Assembly: GCF_001194135.2 (NCBI RefSeq)
Contig: NC_068982.1
Location: forward strand, 154,178,646-154,218,287
Source: Octopus bimaculoides
Lineage: Eukaryota
Direction of reading: 5' to 3'
DNA: 39,642 nt
Of the stretch, positions 1 through 11,909 are shown piece after piece. Positions within the stretch are counted from its first letter, which is position 1. Each line of letters opens with the position of its first letter. Under the pieces are notes generated by a model. It did no database searches. It had not been told where the DNA came from and saw only the letters and a list, made by a program, of their open reading frames with translations. A program made the position numbers and the translations under genes.

Positions 1-60
1 TATATATATATATATATATATAAATATATTGTATGTATATATATATATATATATATATAT
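1..60. repeat. (TA)n microsatellite
   Basis: Direct reading. Confidence 0.95.
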
Positions 61-779
61 AGGTGCAAGCATGTTTGTGTGGTTGAGAAGTTAACTTGCT
101 TTGCAAATAATGGCTTTCTGACAGTCGTCTGTCACAAAAGCATGTCCAGGCTTGTGGATATGTCGTGCAGTTGTTGTAAACAAAAAGTTCATTCAACCAG
201 TGTCTTTTGTTTCCAGTTCTCTACATAAAATCTGTCCAGGCTTTTTGTTGTCTGATAGACTGGGGGATTATTACTGCACTTGAAAACAAGTGGGAGGTTT
301 GTTTTTATTGCCTATTAAGTTTAGAAGAGTTTGATAATTTGAAATACTGTAGGAAGTGTAGAATCTATCATTTTAAGCCTTGCCTTTGCCCAGAGTGAGG
401 AAAAAAAAAAATTTTTGTCTTTCTTTTTCACTCTCAGGTGGAGGGTAAGATTCAGCACTCATTAACACAATTCAACATGTCAAACTCTCCCATTTATCAG
501 TTGCTGTTAATGCAGACCATATACTTTATTTCTCACTATTCTATTATTTGCTATTGAATTTCACAGCTGGATGTGTTTCTCTCTGCTAATAACTCAACTA
601 CATTTCTTTAAATCATTCTTGGCATTTTCTTTGATTTTCATGAAATTTTAGTAAATACTCTCCACAAAACATTTGAATCAAAAATTCAGCACTAAAAACT
701 ATGTTAATCATTGTTTAAATTTTTAATTCATTGTCTGCAACTCTTTTTTTTTTTTGTGTCGCACTCTTCTTTGTTGGTG

Positions 780-1130
780 CAGATGATTGATTTTTGGGAC
801 ATGCTAAATTGTCTGCATCAATTAATGTCCAACCTGTACCGACATTGCTGAGCGAAATGTCTTCCCCCAATTCTCCAGACTGTCTTGACTTCTTTCTTTC
901 TTCTAAATCCTATCTGTACTCTACTGCTTGTCCCTTCGTATCATCTTAACACTGTCTCCTCAAGTCAATCTGTCCAACATCATTCTACTACAGAATAACA
1001 ATTGTTCACCAAGTTCTTTGGTAATTCAAGACTGACAACTAGCTGGAACTATATCAACGTGCTACTGATTAACTAGCAACCTTTATACCATTCTGTATCT
1101 TGTTCAATTCAATACTACACACAACTACAT
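780..1130 (+). mobile_element. Possible CR1/Jockey-type LINE endonuclease remnant
   Basis: DCLDFFLSSK..Y....PFVSS*HCLL resembles the LDLFLT...PLGSSDH end of a LINE APE domain; heavily decayed. Confidence 0.4.
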
Positions 1131-1442
1131 ATAGAATTTCATTTCACTTTGTGGCACATATCTCTTTATGTTCCCCAAATAAACTATTTTTTTCGAAGTT
1201 CTAAATTCTCTTGTTTCTCTCCCACATACATATATTCCAAAATTGCTCCTGTGATATAATAATTACAAAGGAATAGAAGAAAAGTTTTATAAAAGCAACT
1301 GTATTAAACATAACAGTGATTTTAAAATTAATTATATATTTTTTACTATTAACTTCATCCTTAAAGTTTATATTTACAGTATTTATATTTATACTGCATT
1401 TGTAATGGTTTGCTCTCCTATTGAAATGAAGCTGGATACAAA

Positions 1443-1586
1443 TCATCATCATCATCATCATCATCGTTTAACGTCCGCTTTCCATGCTAGCATGGGTTGG
1501 ACGATTTGACTGAGGACTGGTGAAACCGGATGGCAACACCAGGCTCCAATCTAATTTGGCAGAGTTTCTACAGCTGGATGCCCTTC
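1443..1586 (-). mobile_element. Retroposon 3' end, family C, with (ATG)n tail
   Basis: (cat)n-gtttaacgtccg-ttccatgct.gcatggg...tttctacagctggatgccctt recurs six times in the window. Confidence 0.8.
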
Positions 1587-1742
1587 ATGCACACTAAATA
1601 TAATTGAGTCACAAAAATTGTTGGAGAAGGCTGTTCTAGATTTTTACTCATGCTTCTAAATTATAGTTTTCATAATGACCCATCATAGATGTTGAACCAA
1701 TGGTTTAAATGGTTAATAAAACATTTCTCTTCTATTTTACAG

Positions 1743-1796
1743 ATTCCTGCAAAAGGAACCGACAAGAATTTAGAAATGCCCAAATATTTTAATCTA
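1743..1796 (+). CDS. FBXO30: Probable upstream coding exon of the FBXO30/40-like gene (IPAKGTDKNLE-MPKYFNL)
   Basis: Pyrimidine tract ending in ...ttttacAG (1741-1742) and a GTAAGT donor at 1797. The 54 nt are open in frame, with an ATG at 1776. The exon ends in phase 0, matching the phase-0 start of the 2539 exon, which has no ATG of its own. Confidence 0.6.
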
Positions 1797-2069
1797 GTAA
1801 GTGAAGAAATATGCTTTATGTTACGAAATATGTTTTATGTTTTGCTAATTTGTTGAAAAGGGAACCATACTGATGCACTATCATCATCCATATTAATTTA
1901 CTCCTGATATACTGTTGCACTTGTAAAGCGAATGATGTTATTGAAGCAAAACTAAGTACATTTGAAAGTAAATGCGACAGAAAATTTCATTTCATTCTTT
2001 CTTTTGTTGTTGTTATGGCTTAGGCAGTGTATTAGGTCTATCACTTAAGAGTAGGTGCAGTCTACCTAA

Positions 2070-2215
2070 TGGGCTTCTAACACAGTTTCTGTCTACAAAT
2101 TTTCACTCACAAGACTTTGTTAATCCAAAGCTCTGGCATAAGACACTGGCTCAAGGTATCCTGCTGTAGGATTGAGCCCGAAACTGTGTAGTTCTTAAAT
2201 GAACATCCTAATCAC
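2070..2215 (-). mobile_element. Decayed SINE family A fragment (intronic)
   Basis: gggcttct..cagtttctgtctac..attttcactcacaagactttg matches the family A core. Confidence 0.6.
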
Positions 2216-2538
2216 ACCTGTACCCACTTTGACCAAACTTAAGAATTAATACTTCTTGGATCAATTGAGTGTCCACTCCCATAATACTGAAACAATGTCA
2301 GCTGTTTTAAGCTCAGAAACTAGATATTATTTGTCTGCCATTGAACACTTTATTCATCATTTTTGTCTCAAGTAAGGGTGTTGTTGTAGTTGTGGTAATA
2401 GTAATAGAACATTTGTAGTTATAACAGCAGAAAAATATTTAAAATTTATAGTTATACTATTGAATCTGCTGTAAATAAGTTTGTCAGATTTGTTAACTTT
2501 TTATTTATTTTTCCTTTTTTCTATGAATCATTTTTCAG

Positions 2539-4395
2539 ATAAATGATGATGATGAAGAAGATTGTGAAAGCTGGAAGTTATTGGAGCTGCAACAGGTGCA
2601 TGCCCATTGCCATGATTGTTACAATAGTTCTTGTACCGAAGGTGAAGATGGAAATTATACCACTCCAGATGGCCAAATGCGCTGTTGCCCTGTCACAAGC
2701 TGTGAAAATAGCTGTGGTGCAGTTTATCATGAATGCAAAGGACCAGAGCATAATCTGCTCTGTTCCTTTGAACGAGTGCCTTGTATCAATGTAAATTATG
2801 GCTGCCCCATAATCATGCATCGAGCAGCTCTTGGAAGACATCTTGAAGTCTGTCCAGCTAGTGTGATATTTTGTTCCTTTGAATGGAATCGCTGGCCCAT
2901 GCATTCAACAGAAAATGGGGTGAAAGCACCTTTGCCTCTGGAAAACCGTCACCTTCGTTCCCGGCAACTTGATGTAGCACTTGCTCTTCGAGATCAACGA
3001 ATGTTAATCGAAACCCGAAAGGCCCCTCGAAGGACGCGTCACATACTTAGGAATTCTCTTACCCAGCGCCACCCAGCTGCTCCCTTTTTACACCACAGTA
3101 GTTCCTTTGACTCTGACAACTTGAATTCAGCTGGTACTTCACAGACAGTTTCTGACGATGATAGTGATGGGCCATGGGAAAATGCAAAATCTCCACCAGG
3201 ACTACAGCGTAGTGTTTGCAGCAAACTTTTCCGTACTACTGATCAACAAAATTCACCAACTTCACCAGAGGAACGCTCTGACCAAGTTGTAAACAGGAAA
3301 ATTAAATTAAATACTCAAACAAAATCAAAAAGTTTAGATAATTCACAAAAATGTACTCAATTAGGACTAGATTATCCAATAATATGTTCCCATTGTAAGA
3401 ATTCTCAATCCAATATTGCCATGGAATTGCCTGATATAAATTCTTCAAAGAGCCACTGTCAAGAATCAGAATGCCTTAATAAATGTTGCCATTATTCAGC
3501 TCAAACAACGAATGAAAAGTCAATTAACTCTCAGCAGAATATGAACATCCATGAAATAGCTAATGTCCATATCAATGAAATGGATTCAGAAGAAGTGGCT
3601 GGGATGGCATGCCAAGCTCCTAACTGTGAGCTGATGACTGAAGATGGCAGTTCCTCAAAATCAGTCCAGACTGTGAAATTAAATGAACTACTTGGTGTTT
3701 CTTTGAACATTGAATGCATGACACGGTATCAACCGAAACCCAGGTCTATGTTTACATTCCTCTGTGCTCAAGAATTCCGTCGTGATGAATATGCTTGGCA
3801 CTATAAAAATGTCCACGATGATATCCACTGTGGGTTAAATGGTTGGCTTGAGCAACGATGTCCACTTGCTCACAGTGGGTGTACATTTTCCTTTTGCCGG
3901 TTTTATCCCGATCAGGTAAACTATAAAATTATCCATAGTAGTTTAGTGGAAAGTTTTGGAGTAAAAACTTCATGGAACTGCGAGGAAAATGCTTCAAAAT
4001 CTGTACATGAAATTCAACCATCAGCACCTCTTACAATGCATTGTGAATGTAAGAAAAAATCCCAAGGGAAGACTCTTCCGAAGTCTCGAGAAGTGACTCC
4101 TGAAATTGTTACGTCCAGCCAGTATGATTCTATGGTGCGTGTTGTTAATGTTGACCAAAAGAAAGAAGAAATACAACAACCGGATTGTGACTTCCTAACA
4201 GCATTGCCATATGAACTGTTGCAACAAATACTGCAAAATCTTGACAGTTTTAGTTTATGTAACTTAGCTGCGAGCAGTAAATATCTGAGAGACGTCTGTT
4301 CAAGTCTGTTAGAAACTCGTGGTCTTGTGACTTTAATTTGGCAAAAGAAAATTGATGAAACCACTGGGGAAGGTCACTGGAAAATTGCTTATAAG
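2539..4395 (+). CDS. FBXO30: Main exon of F-box only protein 30/40-like (TRAF-type zinc finger, C-terminal zinc motif, F-box)
   Basis: Acceptor ttttcAG at 2537-2538 and donor AAG|GTAAGT at 4396; 619 open codons. Family motifs: CGAVYHECK..EHNLLCSFERVPCIN..GCP, HLEVCPASV..C..EWNRWP, QLDVALALRDQRML, RSMFTFLCAQEFRRDEY..HYKNVH.DIH.GLNGWLEQRCPLA..GCTFS, and the F-box LTALPYELLQQILQNLDSFSL. Confidence 0.95.
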
Positions 4396-5019
4396 GTAAG
4401 TTTATTCTTATATTTGATGTGAAAAAATTTTAGAGTAACAAACCTAAATCTAAAATTGCTAAACAAGAATGGCAATTTCACTCTATGGGATTATTTTATA
4501 TACAGATCACTACAGATATAGTATTTTAGCTTGAAAAAGTTAAATAGTATATGCGTGTAAAGAAGTAAATAGGATATGTGTGTGTTGTTTCTCACAGAAA
4601 AATCATTAAGTTTGAAGCAAGATCTGTATCACTGAAGCACTTTTCAGTTTGTGTAATTTTTGGAACTCTACAACGTACATGCTTGCAGATACAATATGAA
4701 ATTTATGCTATTGTTTTTATGGCGTAAGGGTGGTGAGGGAGCAGATAATATAGTGATGTCACACATTCATTAGATGCCACCGTCTTGTCTTTTGCTTCAA
4801 CAATTATCACAAACTACACTAAATATTGATGCATCCAAGTTTCTAGATGCTATTGTGAAACTGAGGCAGAAGTAACTACAGACTCCCTCTCTCTCCCTCT
4901 CTCACATATATACACATTTTGCTCTAAGAGACTCTCCATGAGTGCTTATTCTGTACTGCGGTGTTTTACATGATAAAATCAGTTATCAAACTATATTTTT
5001 TACAATATGTGTACACAGT

Positions 5020-5090
5020 TCACACACACACACACTCACATGCACACACACATACACTCAAGTACACTCATGTGCACTCACTCACACATC
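5020..5090. repeat. Imperfect (CA)n in the last F-box intron
   Basis: Direct reading. Confidence 0.85.
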
Positions 5091-5401
5091 TGCCTGTCTG
5101 GTTTACCTTCAAATGTTATGGTTTTACAAATCAGAAAAAGAGTAAGAATTCTGTATTTTGTTGTTTCTGCTCAGTGCATTTCCATCAGGATTGGAATTTG
5201 TTAGATCAGTTTGTCAGAGTCACTGAGTAAGCAGAAATTCTTGCTTTGTTTAGAAATGCAATGCAATTGATGTTGGATTATTGAACTTACAATTATATAG
5301 TCAATAGTATAACATGCTTTTAAAATAATGATAAATATGTAAAGGAATATATTTTTTTCCCTTGTCTTTACAATTGAAATTGTTTCTTTCTGTCTTTTCA
5401 G

Positions 5402-5605
5402 AAATGGAACTTCAGTCCAGCGTTTACTCCAGTAAAACGATGGGAATTTAATGGTTCTAACCCTCTCTCTGAACATCTCAAGGTTTGCTCTTATAATCAG
5501 GACCATTCTTTAACAGCAGAACCATTTTGTCTTGCACTAAACATTAATAGCAACCAATCTACAACAGAAGAGGGGGAAGCAGATAATTTATCCTGCCCTA
5601 ATTGA
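5402..5605 (+). CDS. FBXO30: Terminal coding exon of the FBXO30/40-like gene
   Basis: Long pyrimidine tract with AG at 5400-5401. In phase 0 it reads KWNFSPAFTPVKRWEFNGSNPLSEHLKVCSYNQ...SCPN*, matching the FBXO30 C-terminal pattern W.FS.AF..V..W.F......HLK.CSYN. It is not in the supplied ORF track because it lacks an ATG. Confidence 0.92.
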   Translation, partial: KWNFSPAFTPVKRWEFNGSNPLSEHLKVCSYNQDHSLTAEPFCLALNINSNQSTTEEGEADNLSCPN

Positions 5606-5648
5606 CATTTTTAGAATTTTTGAAACATTTTTTTTAACCAAAACCCAA

Positions 5649-5939
5649 AATAAAAATTACATAAGCTACACTGTCTGAACCTATCCTTTTCTTTCTGAAA
5701 AAAACCAACAAAAATCACACCAGATGGTTATTGTTATTACAAGAAATGGTTAAGTACTAAGAATGATTTAATTGCATATTTTCTCTTGTGCCTAAATTGC
5801 TACAGTAAGGCAGTGATGTGTCAGGAAGAGCAGGATGTCAAATGTGATTTAGTATTTTAGTTAATTCTATAATCCTAATAAAGTCATTTCCCCTCCCTCT
5901 GCTCCCTCAGTTGTAATTCTGTCCATTTTTAAAAATAAA
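5649..5939 (+). terminator. Candidate polyadenylation signals for the F-box gene
   Basis: AATAAA at 5649, 5877 and 5934, downstream of the TGA at 5603-5605. AT-rich DNA makes chance hits likely. Confidence 0.35.
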
Positions 5940-6112
5940 AGCTTAATCATTGTTAATGACTGTGGCTTGTTCCACATGTTCGGTATTGCTTTCAAAACTA
6001 TTCTTTCCATTAGCCTACAGTATTTCTTCTATTAACCTTAAACAATACATACCAGTGCTTTTCCCTATCCTCACCAACCTTTTCAATCTCTCTCTCTCTC
6101 TCACATGTATAT

Positions 6113-6580
6113 CATCATCATCATCATCATTTAATGTCTGTTATCCATGCTGGCATGGGTTGGATGGTTTGACTGGGCTGGCACACTGGAAGGCTGCACC
6201 AGNNNNNNNNNNTTTGACTGGGCTGGCACACTGGAAGGCTGCACCAGACTCTAGTCTGATTTGGCATGGTTTTCTACAGCTGGATGCCCTTCCTAACATC
6301 AACCACTCTGAGGGTGTAATGGGTTCTTTTACATGCCACCAGCGCAGGTGCCTTTTGCGTGACACCGGTATCTGCCACAACTGCAATTTTCATCAGCTTG
6401 ATGGCTCTTCTTTTCAAGCACGACATAATGCCAAAGGTCTTGGTCATTGCCTCTGTAAGGCCCAATACTTGAAAGGTACTCAGCCACTTTGCCTTTGTGA
6501 GGCCCAATATTCAAAAGATGTTCTTTATATGCCACCAGCATGGATGCATTTGGTTTGACAGGTCTTCTCAAGCACAGCAC
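6113..6580 (-). mobile_element. Family C copy abutting the RTE remnant
   Basis: Same tail motif; the longest copy in the window. Confidence 0.8.
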
Positions 6581-6584
6581 ATTG

Positions 6585-7940
6585 TACCTGTGCACCTTCC
6601 ACATACAAAAGTTAGTTTTCCTGTTAACCTTCCTCTGATGTTGCTGCACCTTTTATGTGTCCAAAGCTTACACTGGTTGCATCTTATGGAATTTCTACCT
6701 ACACCTTTTCTACAAATTGAGCAGGGCCATCTATCTGAAGGGATTTATGATTTGTCTGCCTTCCTACTTACTATAACTTTGGTTTTTGCTTGGTTAACTC
6801 TAAGGCCCTTTGATTCTAGACCTTGCTTTCATACCTGAAACTTCTCTAGTTCAGGTATGATTCAGCTATAAGAGCAAGGTCATCAGCATAGAGGAGCTCC
6901 CAGGGGAAGTCTGTCTTGAATTTCTCTGTTATTGCCTGGAGGACTATGATGAACATGAGAGGGCTGAGCACCAATCCTTGGTGAACCCCTACTTGTACCC
7001 TCAATTCTGCCCACTCTCACCTGTACAAGGCTTGTATGGCTCTCACCAACCACTCGTCTAGCCATAGTTTCTGCATTGACCACCAGATAAGGAATCGGGG
7101 GACTCTGTCAAAATCTTTCTCCAAGTCAACAAAAGCCTAGTACAGAGGTTTATCTTTGGTTTGGTTGCTTTACCAGTAATATTGCATCAGTGGTGCTTCT
7201 ACCTGGCACAAAACCAAACTGCATCTCATCTAGACTAACTCTCTCCCTAATTAGTTGGACTACAACTCTCTCTCTTTTTGTAACTTTTATCACCTGATCC
7301 AACAACTTGATACTTCTGTAATTATTTCTATCTAAGACATCACCTTTACCTTTGTAGCAGTTGACTATGGTGCTGCTACATCAGTCATTGGGTATGACTC
7401 GTTCGTGAACCACCTGATTTACAATATGGGTGACTAGACCATAACCCACACTGCCAGATATTTTAAACATCTCAGCAGTGATTCCTGATGGGTCAGGGAG
7501 CTTTCCCTGTCTTCATATCCTCAATTGCTTTATCTACCAGAGTACTGTTGATTCGGGTAGCTGGTCCCTCAATTGGGTCAACATTTGGCAGACTCTCCTC
7601 CCTCCATTCATTCTCTACGATCAGCAGTCTTTTATAATGGTATCTCCAAGCCTCTTTCTTTGCAGAATCATTAAAAGCAAGTGCACCATCATCCATGCAG
7701 ACACATTTCTCTCCTATGACATTACAATTTTATTTCACACACTGTCTTGCAATCCGAAATACTTCAGTTCTTTGATCCTCACTACACTGAACATAGGCAA
7801 ACTTCTTCTTTTCTGCTTCTCTCTTGGCTAGATATACCGGTCTCCTAGCTTCCCTTCTGGCTATCGGATACAGTTCCCCATTACCCCTATTCTTTCAGGC
7901 CAGTTTCTTTGCTCTAATGGCCTTGTCTACTTACCCTAGG
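6585..7940 (-). mobile_element. RTE-clade LINE remnant (reverse transcriptase plus PHD-type finger), frameshifted
   Basis: Minus-strand translation gives KAIEDMKTGKAP, NYRSIKLL, QFGFVPGRSTTDAI, GVHQG.VLSP and ELLYADDLALIAES (YADD at 6879-6890), followed by a C4HC3 finger at about 6590-6730. Confidence 0.93.
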
Positions 7941-8286
7941 TGTGGAAGGGACTTTGCACCAGCCACAGAGAGAGAGAGAAGGAGGGAGGAGGTGAGAGGA
8001 AGATGGTTTGGAAGGGAGGGAGCTATGTAGGTCTTCTGGTGCGGAAGTGAGGCAAAGCCTTTTGGGAGCTTTTGGTATAAGAGATTTCTGGCACGAGAGA
8101 AGGGATTTCCGGTATTGGTGATGGGGGCAGGAAAGGATGGGCACATCACAAACAAGGAATAGAAGAAATGGCTAGCTTCACCACAAGAAAATCGAAATAG
8201 CAGCAAAGCAAAGAACAATAGAAACACATGAGAATTATGTCAAGTATTTAAAGGGATATGATTCTAGAAGTTATTAGGGAAAGTAC

Positions 8287-8857
8287 AGTCATTTGACTGC
8301 GGCCATGCTGGAACACCGCCTTTTAGTTGAATAAATCGACTCTAGGACTTATTCGTTGTAAGCTTAGTACTTATTCTATCAGTCTCTTTTGCCAAACTGC
8401 TAGGTTACGGGTATGTAAACACACCAACATCGGTTGTCAAGCAATGGTGGGGAGACGATGACAGACACACAAATGCATATATATTTATAAATGAGTAACA
8501 AACAAAGATGTATAGGTGTCAATTAATTGACTGCACACATGGCAAGTATATCAGGTACAAAACACTCCTGCACAGAGTCTTAGTATGCAATTAATATTGT
8601 TTGGGTGTGCAGATTATACCGATCTAGCATGATGCCTCAATTTAAATAACTAATACAACAGAATCTTTATTTTATATATATATAATCATCATATATATAT
8701 GATGGGCTTCTTTCAGTTTCTATCTACCGAATCCACTCAAAGCTTTGGTCAGCCCAAGGCTAGAGTAAAAGACTCTTGCCCAAGGTACCATGCAGTGGGA
8801 CTGATCATGGTTCCATATGGTTGGAAGTAACCCTCTTATCACATAGCCACTCCTGCA

Positions 8858-8860
<3 letters not shown>
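8287..8860 (-). mobile_element. SINE family A, interrupted by extra sequence
   Basis: The 3' half (8287-8470) and 5' half (8700-8860) both match family A. Confidence 0.8.
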
Positions 8861-8896
<36 letters not shown>

Positions 8897-9680
8897 NNNN
8901 NNNNNNNNNNNNNNNNNNNNNNNNNNNNNNNNNNNNNNNNNNNNNNNNNNNNNNNNNNNNNNNNNNNNNNNNNNNNNNNNNNNNNNNNNNNNNNNNNNNN
9001 NNNNNNNNNNNNNNNNNNNNNNNNNNNNNNNNNNNNNNNNNNNNNNNNNNNNNNNNNNNNNNNNNNNNNNNNNNNNNNNNNNNNNNNNNNNNNNNNNNNN
9101 NNNNNNNNNNNNNNNNNNNNNNNNNNNNNNNNNNNNNNNNNNNNNNNNNNNNNNNNNNNNNNNNNNNNNNNNNNNNNNNNNNNNNNNNNNNNNNNNNNNN
9201 NNNNNNNNNNNNNNNNNNNNNNNNNNNNNNNNNNNNNNNNNNNNNNNNNNNNNNNNNNNNNNNNNNNNNNNNNNNNNNNNNNNNNNNNNNNNNNNNNNNN
9301 NNNNNNNNNNNNNNNNNNNNNNNNNNNNNNNNNNNNNNNNNNNNNNNNNNNNNNNNNNNNNNNNNNNNNNNNNNNNNNNNNNNNNNNNNNNNNNNNNNNN
9401 NNNNNNNNNNNNNNNNNNNNNNNNNNNNNNNNNNNNNNNNNNNNNNNNNNNNNNNNNNNNNNNNNNNNNNNNNNNNNNNNNNNNNNNNNNNNNNNNTGTG
9501 TATATATATGTGTGTGTGTATATATATGTGTGTGTGTATATATATGTGTGTGTGTATATATATGTGTGTGTGTATATATATGTGTGTGTGTATATATGTA
9601 TATGTGTATATATGTATATGTGTATATATGTGTATATATATATGTATATGTGTATATATGTGTATATATCTATATATGTG

Positions 9681-9737
<57 letters not shown>
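8860..9737. repeat. (TA)n / (TA)(TG) compound microsatellite containing an assembly gap (about 8897-9497)
   Basis: Direct reading; N run. Confidence 0.95.
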
Positions 9738-9902
9738 GGAGAAGAAAAGTTAAAATGTACAAAAGAATTTTAATTCATGCAAGCAATCGTTTCGTACAGA
9801 GACATAAAAATCATGCAAATTCATAGTTGAATTGAATTAATTAAATTAATTATATATCACTGTACTCTTCAGTGCAAGAAGTATAAACGAAATCTTTACG
9901 AA

Positions 9903-10284
9903 GGCACAGGAGTGTCTGTGTGGTAAGTAGCTTGCTTACCAACCCACATGGTTCCGGGTTCAGTCCCACTGCGTGGCACCTTGGGCAAGTGTCTTCTAGT
10001 ATAGCCTCGGGCCGACCAAAGCCTTGTGAGTGGATTTGGTAGACGGAAACTGAAAGAAACCCGTCGTATATATATATATGTATGTGTGTTTGTGTTTGTC
10101 CCCCCACCATCATTTGACAACCGATGCTGGTGTGTTTACATCCCCGTAACTTAGCAGTTCGGCAAAAAGCGACAGATAGAATAAGTACTAAGCTTACAAA
10201 GAATAAGTCCTGGGGTCGATTTGCTCGACTAAAGGCGGTGCTCCAGCATGGCCGCAGTCAAATGACTGAAACAAGTAAAAGAGA
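9903..10284 (+). mobile_element. tRNA-derived SINE, family A (CORE-like centre)
   Basis: A/B-box-like head (tgtgtggtaagtagc...ggttcagtccc), gcaccttgggcaagtgtctt core and AAGAGTAA-type tail; homologous to the copies at 8.3 kb and 23.5 kb. Confidence 0.85.
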
Positions 10285-10965
10285 AGGACTTGAGAAAGAA
10301 AATAGCAGAATAGACTCTAGGAGATTCATATTTATACTTATGAGAAAAAGAGATGTGAGCCCAGTTAGGTATTAACTATAACTAAAGGCTATAACAGTTA
10401 TTTGAAAATATAAGTAAAAGGGGTTTCAGAGACGTTGCCTCTATAGAGTTGGCAGTTGGAGACAGGGATCTTTTATCATGTTAGAGTAGTGATAGAAAAA
10501 AAAGCTATCTTATCTCCCTATGCTAGAAATAAGACATCTACCAATCTCCAACCATATCATAAATAAAAGATTCAAACATGAACTCCACTCAACTTACTGG
10601 TATATGTCACTGCTTCTGCTAACCAGCCTCAAAGAAGCCCCACCTCTGATGTTGATGAAAAGGGCAAATGTTATCAACAAGATGAGCAGATATGCAACCA
10701 GTTGTATGCCCAACCGCATTGCTGTGCATATGCTTAAGAATAAAGCAGAACTTCCTGCTGAAACCCATCAAAATAAATGGACATCATCAACATCACTATC
10801 TATATGACTAATCAAAGCATCCAACACCTTCATATACTCTAACTACCATTTTATTTCATTATTTTAAACCCATCAATGTGTGCAGTTGACTAATGCTAAC
10901 CCCACAGAGAGATAAAGCAATGTTGTTCATCAACAGAAAATATTTGTCTATCTGTCTATCATCAT

Positions 10966-11405
10966 CATCACCACCACCATCATCATCATCATCGTTTAAC
11001 GTCCACTTTCCATGCTGGCATGGGTTGGACAGTTTGCCTGAGGACTGGCAAGCCAGGAGGCTGCACCAGGCTCCTATCTGATCTGTCAAGGTTTCTCTAA
11101 AAGTTTATCTATCTATCTATCTGTCTGTCTAATATTCTATCTATCTATCTGTCTAATTATCTGTCTGTCTATCTGGCTAGCTATTTATCCATACACACAC
11201 ACACACACACAACATACTCAAATATCATGATGATGATCATTATTTAATGTCCATGTTCCATGCTGGCATGGGTTGGTTTGTTTGACAGGATCTGGTTTAG
11301 CCTGTGTTGGTCTCCATTGTCTATTTTGGCAAGGTTTCTACAGCTGGATGCCCTTACTAATACCAACCACTTTACAGAGTATACTGAGTGCTTCATTTCT
11401 TGGCA
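10966..11405 (-). mobile_element. Two family C fragments separated by (CTAT)/(CA) microsatellite
   Basis: The motif is present at about 10966-11098 and about 11225-11405. Confidence 0.75.
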
Positions 11406-11561
11406 CCATATATGTATATATAATATACCCATCTAAGCCATTCCAGCATGGAATGGTAATATCATGAATTCTGGACTCTCTCTTTGAGAACAATATGATT
11501 TGCTATTTACATTGTTTACAATATTTACATTTGGCAGATATTTGTCCTCATCTTGTTTGTT

Positions 11562-11607
11562 GTTAACATGTTTCAGCTGAAATACCCTCCAGCCTTCGTC
11601 AGGTGTC
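11562..11607 (-). ncRNA. Hammerhead-ribozyme-like core, mirror copy
   Basis: CUGACGA-A-[GGCUGG/loop/UCAGCU]-GAAA-CAUGUU on the minus strand. Confidence 0.55.
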
Positions 11608-11774
11608 TTGGGGAAATTTTGAACTTGGGTTCTCATTCCTAAGGTATTTTTCAATGTTGTTGTTATTATTATTATCATTATTCAGGTCACTGCCTGGAAT
11701 CGAACTTGGAATCTTGGGGTTAAGAGCGCAGGCTACTAACCCCAAGATTCCGAATTCAATTCCAGGCAGTGACA

Positions 11775-11811
<37 letters not shown>

Positions 11812-11863
11812 TATTAAAAAAAAATACCTTAGGATTGAGAACCCAGGTTCAAAATTTCCCCAA

Positions 11864-11909
11864 GACACCTGATGAAGGCTGGAGGGTATTTCAGCTGAAA
11901 CATGTTAAC
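11864..11909 (+). ncRNA. Hammerhead-ribozyme-like core (probably degenerate)
   Basis: CUGAUGA-A-[GGCUGG/8-nt loop/UCAGCU]-GAAA-CAUGUU; helix I pairing is imperfect. Confidence 0.55.

Noticed and set aside
2543-4364. Overlapping and antisense ORFs across the main F-box exon
   Set aside because: Shadow frames of a real coding exon, with no independent signal.
4396-4422. ORF-track ending VSLFLYLM* for the F-box protein
   Set aside because: This is read-through into the intron; the real C-terminus is in exon 5402-5605.
6168-6247. Exact ~35-bp direct repeat flanking a short N run
   Set aside because: Typical unmerged contig overlap, so an assembly artefact rather than biology.
8776-9826. Long ORFs of YI/CV repeats and X
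   Set aside because: Translations of microsatellite and gap.
10560-10760. PTSDVDEKGKCYQQ, resembling a LINE endonuclease segment
   Set aside because: Similarity is too short and degenerate to support a feature.
11690-11780. tRNA gene
   Set aside because: Only a B-box and partial arms, with no cloverleaf; treated as a SINE head.
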